NCBI GenBank assembly: GCA_046484865.1
Contig: JAWOID010000144.1
Coordinates: 1 to 64,000 of the forward strand
Source of the DNA: Candidatus Krumholzibacteriia bacterium
GTDB lineage: Bacteria; Krumholzibacteriota; Krumholzibacteriia; LZORAL124-64-63
Direction: 5' to 3'
DNA length: 64,000 nt
Under the pieces are notes generated by a model that saw only the letters and a program-made list of their open reading frames with translations, had not been told where the DNA came from and did not search any database. Shown here piece after piece: positions 26,329-36,735 of this stretch. Numbering within the stretch: the first letter of the stretch is position 1; each line of letters opens with the position of its first letter. A program made the position numbers and the translations under genes.

Positions 26329-28722
26329 TCACTTCAGCAGCGTGACCTTGCGGACGGCCGCTTCCCCCGCGGCCCTCACCTTCAGGAAGTAGCCGCCGGA
26401 CCCGACGAGACGTCCCTGCGCGTCCTGCCCGTCCCAGACGAGAACGTGCTCGCCCGCCTCGAACCGCGCCCCGGCGAGTGTGCGGACCAGCCGTCCTCGC
26501 AGATCGTGGACCGTGACCGCCGCCTGGCCGGCGCGGGCAAGGCGGAAGCGGACCGTGATCGAGGGATTGAAGGGATTGGGCCAGGCAGCCTCCAGGCGCA
26601 GCGCGGGCGCGGACGTTGCGGGCACGCTCGTGAGCGGGTCGGCCGGCGCATCATAGAGGGCTACCATCGACGCCGGCACGCCGCCGCCGGAGGAGAAGGT
26701 CCCCCCCAGGACGAGGGCTCCGTCGAAGGAGCCCATCGCATAGACGCTTCCCTGCACGCCGCCGTCCATCGGTTGCCACTGGTTGACCTCGTCCCAGCAG
26801 GCGAGGCCCTCCACGAGCACGGAGCCCGCGTAGCTGAAGGCGCCGCTGGCGTACAGCCGCGAACCCGACGACCACAGGCCATTGACCGGCAGGGGGTCGC
26901 ACCACCATCCATCCGGATCGTAGTAGCAGTGCTGGACCACGAACCCGGCGCCGAGAGGCTCCCACTGCCCCGCGCGCAGTCTCGCCACTCCGGTGGCCGT
27001 AACGCCTCCGACCTCCGAGAAGTAGCCGCCGGCCACCAGTTCGTCGCCGAGATGGGCGAAGGTCAGCACCTCCTGATCGGCCCCGCCGGCGAACTCTGAC
27101 CAGCTCGTGCCGTCCCAGGCCGCCAGGCATCGCGCCGGCAGGCCGCCCGCAGTCGTGAAGTAGCCGCCGACGACCAGCAGTCCATCGTGAACAGTCAGCG
27201 CGTCGGCCCACAGGTTCAGCCCGCTGCCGAGGGCGTGCCACTCCGTGCCGTCCCAGCGGGCGATCCCGGCGGCGGAGACCCCTCCGGCGCTGCTGAAGGA
27301 CCCGGCGGCGATCAGGTCCGCCCCGTACTGCACCAGAGCTTTGGGCGGGGTGCTGAAGCCGCTCCCGAGAGCCTGCCACTGGGCCCCGTCCCAGCGGGCG
27401 ATGCGGTTGATGGGCACGTCGCCTGCCATCAGGAAGCTCCCGGCCACGACCAGGTCCGTTCCGAGGGTCGCCAGCGCGGTCACATCGCCCGACACGCCGC
27501 CCCCGAACTCGCGCCAGGAGGTGCCGTTCCAGGCGGCCAGGCGCAAGGCCGCAGCTGCGCCGGCGATGTTGAACTTGCCGCCCGCCACCAGCTCGCCCTC
27601 GTACTCGAGCAGGGCTGTGATGGCGTAGTCGAGACCGTTGCCTGCCGGCAAGCCGGCGAAGCGCGTCAGCTGCGTTCCGTCCCAGGAGGCGAGGCGGGGG
27701 CTGGCGACGTCCCCGATCGTCCCGAAGGCCCCGACGAGCACCCATCCGTCGCCGAAGGCGGCCAGGTCGGTGAAGCGGTTGGCCGACCCGTCGTCGATGT
27801 TATCCCAGGCGGCGTATCCGGACTTGTAGTAGCCGCCGGCGATCAGACGCCCGGGGGTGCTCCCGAGCATCGTCACGCAGACGCCGGCCGGACAGGGCAC
27901 CGCCGACCAGGCGGCTCCATTCCAGGACGCGAGGCCGGCGATCTCGCTGCCCTCGATGGAGGTGAACGCCCCTCCCGCATACAGGCTGCCGTCGTGCACC
28001 TGCAGGCTGTGCACGGCTCCGTTCGCCGCCGCGGCGGGCGCGGAGAGCCCGCGCCAGGCGGCCCCGGTCCAGCGCGCGATGCCGCTGAGCGAGTTCCCCA
28101 GGTTGTCGTTCGTGAAGTGGCCGCCGATCACGATCTGGCCGTCGTAGGTCCCGACGGCGTAGACGGCCCCGCTGACTCCGGAGGCGAAGGGCAGCCACTC
28201 CGAGCCCGACCAGTAGGCGACGTTGCGGATCACCGTGGCCCCCGAGTACCAGAACTGCCCCCCCGCCAAAAGCTGACCCGCCGGGCCGATCCCCAGCGTG
28301 CTAACGAAATCGGAGTTGAAGCCCGCCCCCATGGCGTGCCAGGCCGCGCCGTCCCACCGCGCCACGCTGTAGCACCACTGCCCGTCCGCGGCCTGCAGGG
28401 CGAAATCGCCCGCCACGATCAGCGATCCGCCGTGGACCAGGAGGTCGTTGACGACCGCGCCGGTGCCGCCGATGGGGACCGCGGTCCAGGCGCTGCCGTC
28501 CCAGCGCGCCAGACGCATCGCATCCATTGCCCCGACGCGGCTGAAGTAGCCCCCCACGTAGAGGTCGCCCTGGAAGACGGCCGCCGCTTTGACCTCGTTG
28601 TCGAAGCCGGGGAGCGCGAATCCCGACCGCCAGCCCTCGGCCGCCGCCCTGCCCGTCGCGCAGACCAGGAGGGCCAGGCCGAGGATCCCGAGAACCAGGG
28701 ATTTACGTGAGGGGGCTTGCAT
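26329..28722 (-). CDS. Secreted repeat beta-propeller protein with C-terminal FlgD-Ig/T9SS-like sorting domain
   Basis: Signal peptide; about a dozen repeats of LxxGGxF...xARWDGxxW; C-terminus AWPNPFNP...VHDLRGRLVRTL...WDGQD..G..VGSGGYF...RKVTLLK; AGGAGG RBS. Confidence 0.88.
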   Translation of the reverse strand: MQAPSRKSLVLGILGLALLVCATGRAAAEGWRSGFALPGFDNEVKAAAVFQGDLYVGGYFSRVGAMDAMRLARWDGSAWTAVPIGGTGAVVNDLLVHGGSLIVAGDFALQAADGQWCYSVARWDGAAWHAMGAGFNSDFVSTLGIGPAGQLLAGGQFWYSGATVIRNVAYWSGSEWLPFASGVSGAVYAVGTYDGQIVIGGHFTNDNLGNSLSGIARWTGAAWRGLSAPAAAANGAVHSLQVHDGSLYAGGAFTSIEGSEIAGLASWNGAAWSAVPCPAGVCVTMLGSTPGRLIAGGYYKSGYAAWDNIDDGSANRFTDLAAFGDGWVLVGAFGTIGDVASPRLASWDGTQLTRFAGLPAGNGLDYAITALLEYEGELVAGGKFNIAGAAAALRLAAWNGTSWREFGGGVSGDVTALATLGTDLVVAGSFLMAGDVPINRIARWDGAQWQALGSGFSTPPKALVQYGADLIAAGSFSSAGGVSAAGIARWDGTEWHALGSGLNLWADALTVHDGLLVVGGYFTTAGGLPARCLAAWDGTSWSEFAGGADQEVLTFAHLGDELVAGGYFSEVGGVTATGVARLRAGQWEPLGAGFVVQHCYYDPDGWWCDPLPVNGLWSSGSRLYASGAFSYAGSVLVEGLACWDEVNQWQPMDGGVQGSVYAMGSFDGALVLGGTFSSGGGVPASMVALYDAPADPLTSVPATSAPALRLEAAWPNPFNPSITVRFRLARAGQAAVTVHDLRGRLVRTLAGARFEAGEHVLVWDGQDAQGRLVGSGGYFLKVRAAGEAAVRKVTLLK

Positions 28723-28794
28723 AGTGGCACCTCCTAGGCAGAGGGGGGACGCTGTCCGCGCCGACCGGAGAGCTGTCCACTGAAATTGAAGAGC

Positions 28795-28825
28795 AGCATA
28801 TCAGGAAAGCGGCACTAGGGGTCAA
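28795..28825 (-). promoter_or_regulatory. Putative extended -10 promoter for the beta-propeller gene (TTGACC-19-TATGCT with TG)
   Basis: Minus strand reads TTGACC...TGA-TATGCT about 70 bp upstream of the start codon. Confidence 0.45.
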
Positions 28826-28953
28826 CTTTCAAGCGACGCCCAGCCAAACGCGTCAAGGCGACGTCCAGATTCGCGCACCTCCCATCTGGCGAACTGACAG
28901 AGGGACAGGCGTTGAGTGCCTCGCGATCCCCGGCAGTTGTTCACAAACGGATC

Positions 28954-29030
28954 CTGGGTCGACCGGGTGAAACGCGTGAGATTCGCGACCACACGATCCT
29001 TGTGGGTTGGCAGCCACCCCGGCGGCCCGG
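28954..29030. ncRNA. Candidate structured RNA with a tRNA-like multi-arm fold upstream of rtcB
   Basis: Folded by eye: closing stems CTGGGTCG/CGGCCCGG and CCGGGTG/CA(C)CCCGG, hairpins CGCG-7-CGCG and CCACA-7-TGTGG; no TTC T-arm. Confidence 0.25.
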
Positions 29031-29134
29031 CCGCAGTCGTGATAACCTGGACCAAGGACTCGCAGCGGTTGCGGGAGTTGCAGCGGTCGCAGCGTTGACA
29101 GCGGTCGCACCGACGTCAGCGAGGAGGCTCGCCC

Positions 29135-30607
29135 ATGGGCAAGCGCGGCGGCGGAAAGCGGGGCAAGCCGGCGCGCGAGACGCGGAAGGCGTCTCACAGC
29201 GGCAAGAAACCGAAGCGCGCCGAGGTCCAGGCCGACCGGCGCCAGCGCCGGGAGTTGCGCCAGGTTGCGGCGGGGCAGGACACCGAATCCGCCGCCGAGG
29301 CGGCACGGCGGTTATCGCGACCCGAACCGCCGGCGGGCGGAGGCGGCGCCGGCGGTCCGGCCAGAGGAGGCGTCGGCCGCCCGGGCGGCACGGGCGGCGG
29401 CAGAGGCAGCGGCAACGCGAAGTGGCCCCTCTGGCGCGACAGTCCCGTCCCGTATCGCACCTGGGGCACGGAACTCGATCCCGCCGCCGTGCAGCAGATG
29501 GACAACGCCGTGCGGCTGCCCATCGCCGTGGCCGGGGCGCTCATGCCCGACGCCCACGTGGGCTACGGACTGCCGATCGGCGGCGTGCTCGCCACCGAGG
29601 GCGCGGTGATCCCCTACGCGGTGGGCATGGACATCGCGTGCCGCATGAAGCTCACCGTCCTCGACTGGCCCGCGACCACCCTCCAGCAGCGGCCCGAGGC
29701 GCTCGTCGACGCCATCGAGACCGAGACGGCCTTCGGCACCGGCGCCGCGTTCGCGCGGCCGCGCCACCATGACGTGCTCGACGACGACTGGTCCGTCTCC
29801 CCGGTCACCGCGCGCGAGAAGGACAACGCGCGCCGGCAACTCGGCAGCTCGGGAAGCGGCAACCATTTCGTGGAGTTCGGCGAGCTGGTGCTCGACGCGC
29901 CCGAGCTGGGCCTGCAGCCTGGACGCTATCTCGCACTGCTCAGCCACAGCGGCAGTCGCAACCCCGGCCTGCAGGTGGCCACCCATTACAGCCGCCTCGC
30001 CCGCGAGCGGCATCCGGAACTGCCGCGCGAGATGCAGCACCTGGCCTGGCTCGACCTGGACACCGAGCCCGGCCGCGAGTACTGGCTCGCCATGCAGCTG
30101 ATGGGCCGCTACGCCGCCGCCAACCACGAGCTCATCCACCGCCACCTCCTGACGCGCCTGGGAGCGCAGGGGATCGCGGGCGTGGAGAACCATCACAACT
30201 TCGCCTGGGAGGAGGAGCATGACGGCCGCCAGGTCGTCGTGCACCGCAAGGGGGCCACGCCGGCCGGGCGCGGCGTGCTCGGCGTGATCCCGGGCAGCAT
30301 GGCGCATCCCGGGTTCGTCGTGCGCGGACTGGGCCATCCCGACTCGCTCGATTCCGCGGCGCACGGGGCGGGACGGGCGATGAGCCGCGGCGAGGCGATG
30401 AAGCGCTTCTCCTGGAGCGACGTGGAGCCGATGCTGAAGCAGCGCGGCGTGACGCTCCTCTCCGCCGGTCTCGACGAGGTGCCCCTGGCCTACAAGGACA
30501 TCGAGCAGGTGATGGCCGCCCAGCGCGACCTCGTGCAGGTGGTCGCCCGCTTCGAGCCGCGACTGGTCAAGATGGCGCCGGGCAAGCGGGGGTGGCGGCG
30601 GCGGTAG
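29135..30607 (+). CDS. rtcB: RNA 3'-phosphate/5'-OH ligase RtcB with a low-complexity N-terminal extension
   Basis: MPDAHVGYGLPIGGV, VGMDIAC, QLGSSGSGNHFVE, HSGSR, HHNFAW, HRKGAT, IPGSM, SAAHGAGR, DEVPLAYKDI. Confidence 0.96.
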   Translation: MGKRGGGKRGKPARETRKASHSGKKPKRAEVQADRRQRRELRQVAAGQDTESAAEAARRLSRPEPPAGGGGAGGPARGGVGRPGGTGGGRGSGNAKWPLWRDSPVPYRTWGTELDPAAVQQMDNAVRLPIAVAGALMPDAHVGYGLPIGGVLATEGAVIPYAVGMDIACRMKLTVLDWPATTLQQRPEALVDAIETETAFGTGAAFARPRHHDVLDDDWSVSPVTAREKDNARRQLGSSGSGNHFVEFGELVLDAPELGLQPGRYLALLSHSGSRNPGLQVATHYSRLARERHPELPREMQHLAWLDLDTEPGREYWLAMQLMGRYAAANHELIHRHLLTRLGAQGIAGVENHHNFAWEEEHDGRQVVVHRKGATPAGRGVLGVIPGSMAHPGFVVRGLGHPDSLDSAAHGAGRAMSRGEAMKRFSWSDVEPMLKQRGVTLLSAGLDEVPLAYKDIEQVMAAQRDLVQVVARFEPRLVKMAPGKRGWRRR

Positions 30608-30628
30608 GGGCCGGCGGCGTGCAGCCGT

Positions 30629-32266
30629 CTACGGCCGCGTCGAGCCGGCCACCAGCCGCCGCGTCTCCTCGCGCAGGAAGGCCGGCAGCCAGGGGAACGC
30701 CGGCAGCAGGGCCGGCAGACCGTCGGCGAAGCGTTCCATGAGGTCGGTGCGGCGGCTGCGCCACAGGGTGCGCACGAACCGGCGCAGGACTTCGGCAGCC
30801 CGGTCGGGGTCGAGGTCCACCTGCAGGTCCACGTCGCGGCCCAGCGCCAGGGCGCAGGTGGCCAGACCGAGCGCCGCCTCCGGCTGATCGGCCAGCAGCG
30901 AGCCGCACACCTGCGCCGCCGCGGCGGCCTCGCCGCCGCCCAGCAGCGCATGCGCGAGCGGCAGGGCGGCGGCGCCCGCCGGGGGCGAGCCGGCCGCACG
31001 TCGCAGGCGCGCCGCCGCTTCCCGCCACGAGCCCAGTTCCATCAGCCGCTCGCCGCAGGCCAGGTCCAGCTCGTCGCTGCGGCCGTGGGCTCGGGCCAGC
31101 TCGTCGGCGCGCGCGAGGACGGCGGCCGCGCCACCGTCCAGGCCCGCGAATGCGAGCACGGCGAGCAGCGCCTCGCGATCGCGCGGCGCCTCCGCCAGGG
31201 CGGCTTCGGCATGGACGTGGGCCGCCGTCAGGTCGCCGTCGGCCGCCGCCAGGCGGCACAGGCCCAGACGGGGCCGCACCGACACCTGCTGCCGGTCGGG
31301 CCAGCCGTTCTCGACGGGGCCGACGCCGGCGTCGCGGGCGTTCCAGGCGAGGCACGCCTCGAAGTCGGCGCGAGCGGCCGCCGCATCGCGGCAGGCCTCG
31401 TGCAGGATCGCCCGGCGCAGCAACAGGGGCGGTGTGGCGCGCACCCGGCGCGCATGGGCCCGCAGGTACGCGAGGGCGGTGCGCGGGTCGTCGTGCAGCC
31501 CCTCGGCCGCCAGCGCCAGCAACTCGCCGCCCCACGGCGCGCGGGCCAGTTCGCCACCGGCCGCCTCCAGGCGCGGCGCCGCCAGCAGGGCCGCCTCGCG
31601 CCACAGCGCGCGGTCGTCCCAGAAGCGAGCCAGTTCCAGCAGCTTGAACGCGCTGTAGAGGTCGCGCGGGTCGTCGTCGAGCGCGCGCCGCAGCAGTCGC
31701 CGGTCGCGCTCCTTCTTCTCGCGCGCGGCCGCCACCTCCTGCACGTAGCCCAGGTGATCGACGGCGCCGCGCAGCGCGACCAGGCGGCGGTCGGTGCGCG
31801 CCAGCATCGCCTGCACGTCCTCGCAGACGTCCTCGTGGATGCGGTGGCGGAAGCGCACCGCGGGATCGCGGCGGAAGAGGCGCAGCAGCGCCGACTCGCG
31901 CCGGTGCCCGCCCGGCAGCTCGTTGCGCATGACCACGGTGGCGGCACCCGCCCGGTCGTCACCCAGGAGCGAGCGGATCTCGACCACCAGTTCCGGCGTC
32001 ACGCGCTCGTCGGCGTCCAGGAAGAGGATCCAGTCGCCGGTGGCGGGGGCGAGGCTCGCGTTGCGGGCGGCGGCGAAGTCGTCGCTCCAGGGGTGATGGA
32101 CGACCCGCGCCCCGGCGGCCTCGAGCAGCGCCACCGTGCCGTCGCCGGAGCCGGTGTCGACCGCCACCAGTTCGTCCCACAGGCCGGCCACACGCTCGAG
32201 GAACCCGGGCAGCATGGTCTCCTCGTCACGGACGATCACGCAGAGGGAGAGTCGGGGCTTGCTCAC
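30629..32266 (-). CDS. Family 2 glycosyltransferase with C-terminal TPR-like repeats
   Basis: LSLCVIVRDEE, VDTGSGD, WSDDFAAARN, FLDADE, RIHE, HLGY; GTG start after GGAGGAAGG. Confidence 0.9.
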   Translation of the reverse strand: MSKPRLSLCVIVRDEETMLPGFLERVAGLWDELVAVDTGSGDGTVALLEAAGARVVHHPWSDDFAAARNASLAPATGDWILFLDADERVTPELVVEIRSLLGDDRAGAATVVMRNELPGGHRRESALLRLFRRDPAVRFRHRIHEDVCEDVQAMLARTDRRLVALRGAVDHLGYVQEVAAAREKKERDRRLLRRALDDDPRDLYSAFKLLELARFWDDRALWREAALLAAPRLEAAGGELARAPWGGELLALAAEGLHDDPRTALAYLRAHARRVRATPPLLLRRAILHEACRDAAAARADFEACLAWNARDAGVGPVENGWPDRQQVSVRPRLGLCRLAAADGDLTAAHVHAEAALAEAPRDREALLAVLAFAGLDGGAAAVLARADELARAHGRSDELDLACGERLMELGSWREAAARLRRAAGSPPAGAAALPLAHALLGGGEAAAAAQVCGSLLADQPEAALGLATCALALGRDVDLQVDLDPDRAAEVLRRFVRTLWRSRRTDLMERFADGLPALLPAFPWLPAFLREETRRLVAGSTRP

Positions 32267-32442
32267 GGGGATCCTTCCTCCTGCCGCGGCGACCGGTTCC
32301 GCCGCTGGTGACCGGGCACGGGATGTGCAATAACTATTCCCGTGGGGAGGCGGGCCACGGCCCCGGCGGTCGCCCGCCGCCCCGCCGCGCCGGGCGCCGG
32401 CGCGCGTCCGACCCGTCCCGCCGCGACGACCCGGAGGCACCG

Positions 32443-33330
32443 GTGAAGGTCGACAGCAAGATCTACAAGGGTCCGCTGGACCCGCGCACCATCATCGGCT
32501 TCTACCACGTGGACCTGCGCTACCGCGACCACGACGCACTGAGCGACGTGTCGTTCAGCATCGCGAACGGCGAGTTCGTCTGCATCACCGGACCCAGCGG
32601 CGCCGGCAAGAGCAGCATCCTGCGCCTGATCACCATGGACCTGCTGCCCACGCGCGGGCAGGTGATCGTGCGGGGAATGGTGTGCACCCGCATGAACCGC
32701 AAGCGCATCCCGCTGCTGCGACGCGAGGTGGGGTACGTGTTCCAGGATTTCCGGCTGCTCGACGATCGTGACGTCCAGGACAACGTGGCTTTCGCGCAGC
32801 TCGTGGTGGGGGTGCCGGGACACCTGATCAAGCAGAACGTCACCCGCGTGCTCACCCAGGTGGGGCTCTGGAACAAGCGCCACCGCCTGCCGCATCAGCT
32901 CAGCGGCGGCGAACAGCAGCGCGTGGCGGTGGCCCGCGCGATGGTCAACAGCCCCAAGATCCTGCTCGCCGACGAACCCACCGGCAACCTCGACCCGGAC
33001 ACCGCGCAGGAGATCGTCGACCTGCTGTTCCGCATCAACGACGGCGGCACCTGCGTGATCTTCAGCACCCACGACCACGACATCGTGCGGTCGTTCGGCC
33101 AGCGCGTGATCGTGCTGCGCGACGGGCGGGTCGCCTCGGACGAGGAGCGCTGGCTGCCGCAGCGGCGCCAGCAGCGGCTGACCGATGCCATGTACCGCGC
33201 GCAGGAGCCGGTAGCCAGACCGGCGCCGGCACCGCAGTCGCTGCAGCAACCCGGATGGCCGGGGCCGCCGGGGTCGCCGGGGCCGCAGGCGGGGCCATGG
33301 CCGGCGAGGGAGGACCGCACCCATGCTTAG
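32443..33330 (+). CDS. ftsE: Cell division ATP-binding protein FtsE
   Basis: [51 protein letters not shown]; upstream of ftsX. Confidence 0.93.
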   Translation: MKVDSKIYKGPLDPRTIIGFYHVDLRYRDHDALSDVSFSIANGEFVCITGPSGAGKSSILRLITMDLLPTRGQVIVRGMVCTRMNRKRIPLLRREVGYVFQDFRLLDDRDVQDNVAFAQLVVGVPGHLIKQNVTRVLTQVGLWNKRHRLPHQLSGGEQQRVAVARAMVNSPKILLADEPTGNLDPDTAQEIVDLLFRINDGGTCVIFSTHDHDIVRSFGQRVIVLRDGRVASDEERWLPQRRQQRLTDAMYRAQEPVARPAPAPQSLQQPGWPGPPGSPGPQAGPWPAREDRTHA

Positions 33331-34210
33331 CGGCTCGCAGATCCGCTACCTGGCGCGCGAGTCGTGCGCCGGCTTCGTCCGCCGGAAACTGACCACCGGT
33401 GTGACGATCCTGATCATGGCCGCGTCCCTGCTGGTGCTCGCGCTGTTCGTCGTGGCCACCCTCAACCTGGGCGCGCTGCTGGACACCGCGCGCGAGGGCA
33501 TCGACGTGCGCGTCTTCCTCCGCGACGGCCTTACCGCCGAGCATCAGGCCGAACTGCAGCCCCGGCTCATCACCCTTCCGGGCGTGCAGGAGGTGCGCTT
33601 CATCACCAAGGAGATGGCGCTCGCGGAGTTCCGCGCCGGTCTGGCCGAGGACGCCGACCTGCTGGACGCGCTCGAGGAGAACCCGCTGCCGGCATCCTAT
33701 CATCTCGTGCTCGTGGACGAGGCGCGCAACGCGACGGCGGTGCGCGCCATCGAGGCGGAGGTGGCGCTCTGGCCCGAGGTGGAGGACGTGGTGTTCGGCC
33801 AGGAGTGGATCGGCGCGCTCGAACGCTGGCACGAGCGCTTCCGCCTGGCCAGCCTGGTGGTGAGCCTGGTGGTGTTCATGGCGGCGGTGTACGTCATCTC
33901 CAACACCGTGAAGCTCACGATGGCGGCCCAGCAGCGCACCATCGAGATCATGAAGCTCGTCGGCGCCACCAACGCGTTCATCCGCACGCCCTACCTGGCC
34001 GAGGGGATGCTCGAGGGGCTGCTGGGCGGCGCCCTCGCGATGGGCGCGCTGGGCGGCACCTACCTGGCGCTGCGCTCGCAACTCGAGGGACTGATCTTCT
34101 TCTCGGGCCCGCAGCTGGTCGGGTTCGTCCTCTTCTGCGTGGCGCTGGGCTTCGCCGGCAGCTGGGCCGCCGTGCGCAAGTACCTGCATCCGCCCAGGGT
34201 GAGCCGGTGA
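33323..34210 (+). CDS. ftsX: Cell division permease FtsX
   Basis: TM1, periplasmic ITKEMAL...NPLPAS, ISNTVKL...[21 protein letters not shown]. Confidence 0.95.
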   Translation: MLSGSQIRYLARESCAGFVRRKLTTGVTILIMAASLLVLALFVVATLNLGALLDTAREGIDVRVFLRDGLTAEHQAELQPRLITLPGVQEVRFITKEMALAEFRAGLAEDADLLDALEENPLPASYHLVLVDEARNATAVRAIEAEVALWPEVEDVVFGQEWIGALERWHERFRLASLVVSLVVFMAAVYVISNTVKLTMAAQQRTIEIMKLVGATNAFIRTPYLAEGMLEGLLGGALAMGALGGTYLALRSQLEGLIFFSGPQLVGFVLFCVALGFAGSWAAVRKYLHPPRVSR

Positions 34211-35454
34211 GGCGCGACGGACCGGTCCGGTGGTCGGGGCGCGGGTCGCCCGTGGCGGTGCTGGCTGCGCTCCTGCTGGCGGGAGCCGCCGCGGCGGGAC
34301 CGGTGCTGCTCGCGTCGGCGGCCACGCCCGATCCGCGAATCCCCCTTGCCGACCAGATCGATGCCGGCGCTCGCGAGCTGGACGGCCTGCGCCGCCAGAT
34401 CGCCGAGCGTCGCGGCCAGGTCGACAGCCTGAGCACGCGCGAGCGCGAGGCGAGCCGCAGCCTGGAGGAGGTGGCCGAGGAGGTGGCCCTCATCAGGACC
34501 CTGCTGGCCGGACTGGCGGAGCGGGAGGTGATGCTGCAGCGCCAGCGCGACTCGCTGCACGTGAGCCTCGAGGAGCACCGCGCCCGCTGGGAGTCGCGGC
34601 AGCGCGACCTGGCGCGGCGCATGCGCTCCCTGCACGTCCGCGGTCCCGAACAGCGCTGGCAGCGGGTGTTCACGGCTGGCAGTTTCTCCGAGCTGATGAC
34701 GCAACTGCGCTTCCAGACCATCCTCGCGCGCATGGACGGCCGCCTGGTCGACGAGACCCGCCGGCAGGCGCGGCTGATCGAGAGCCAGGAGCGCCACCTG
34801 CAGGCGGCGCTCACCGAGCTGTGGCAGTCGCGCGAGGAGGCCGGTCAGGAGCGGCTGCGCCTGGACATGGCCGAGGCCGAGCACCAGGCGCTCCTGCGTC
34901 GGGTGCGCGAGGAGAACCGGACGGCGCAGACGAGCCTGCAGCGCCTGGAGCAGCGCGAGCAGCAGTTGCGCGATGTGCTCGCCGGGCTCGAGGAGCGGCG
35001 GGTCGGCGGCCGGAGCGGCGGCCGGGACGCCGGCGCAGGCGACTTCGCCGCGCTCGCCGGATCGCTGGAGTGGCCGGCCCGGGGCGAGGTGGTACGCGCC
35101 TTCGGGCGATCGGTCCACCCCGATTATCGCACCGTCACCATGAACAACGGCGTGGGCATCGCCGCAGGCGCCGGAGCGCCCGTGTACGCCGTGGCGGCCG
35201 GTGACGTCGTCTTCGCCGATCATTTGCCCGGGTTCGGCGAGTGCGTTATCGTTGACCACGGCGCCGGGTACTACTCCCTCTACGCCAATCTGGGGCGGGT
35301 TTACGCCGCGCGCGGCACGACCGTGGCCCGCGGCGAGATCCTGGCGGAGGTGGCCGCGGCGCTCCCGCACGAGGAGACGGCGGAGCTGTACTTCGAGATC
35401 CGGCAGGGCAAGACCCCGCTCGATCCCACGGGGTGGCTTCGCGCCCGCCGCTGA
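34207..35454 (+). CDS. envC: Murein hydrolase activator EnvC-like (coiled coil + degenerate M23 domain)
   Basis: Signal peptide, long coiled coil, LEWPARGEV..FG, NNGVGI, VDHGAGYYSLYANL, LYFEIR; lacks the HxH Zn ligands as EnvC does. Confidence 0.85.
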   Translation: MRRDGPVRWSGRGSPVAVLAALLLAGAAAAGPVLLASAATPDPRIPLADQIDAGARELDGLRRQIAERRGQVDSLSTREREASRSLEEVAEEVALIRTLLAGLAEREVMLQRQRDSLHVSLEEHRARWESRQRDLARRMRSLHVRGPEQRWQRVFTAGSFSELMTQLRFQTILARMDGRLVDETRRQARLIESQERHLQAALTELWQSREEAGQERLRLDMAEAEHQALLRRVREENRTAQTSLQRLEQREQQLRDVLAGLEERRVGGRSGGRDAGAGDFAALAGSLEWPARGEVVRAFGRSVHPDYRTVTMNNGVGIAAGAGAPVYAVAAGDVVFADHLPGFGECVIVDHGAGYYSLYANLGRVYAARGTTVARGEILAEVAAALPHEETAELYFEIRQGKTPLDPTGWLRARR

Positions 35455-35535
35455 GCGGCCGCCGGCTCCGCACCCGCGTGCCGTCCCGTGACCCCGGCTC
35501 ACCGGCCTCGCCGGCCCGCTCCGGAGCGATCCGAC

Positions 35536-36735
<1,200 letters not shown>

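Noticed and set aside
28843..28916. Possible third attC (GCCAAAC...CCAGAT/ATCTGG...GTTGAGT) closing the beta-propeller gene as a cassette
   Set aside because: R'' does not complement GTTATGC, L-box spacing is wrong and it lacks the core shared by attC1 and attC2; at best a heavily decayed site.
28963..29022. Hammerhead ribozyme suggested by GAAAC followed by a stem
   Set aside because: No CUGANGA core and no NUH cleavage triplet in the required positions on either strand.
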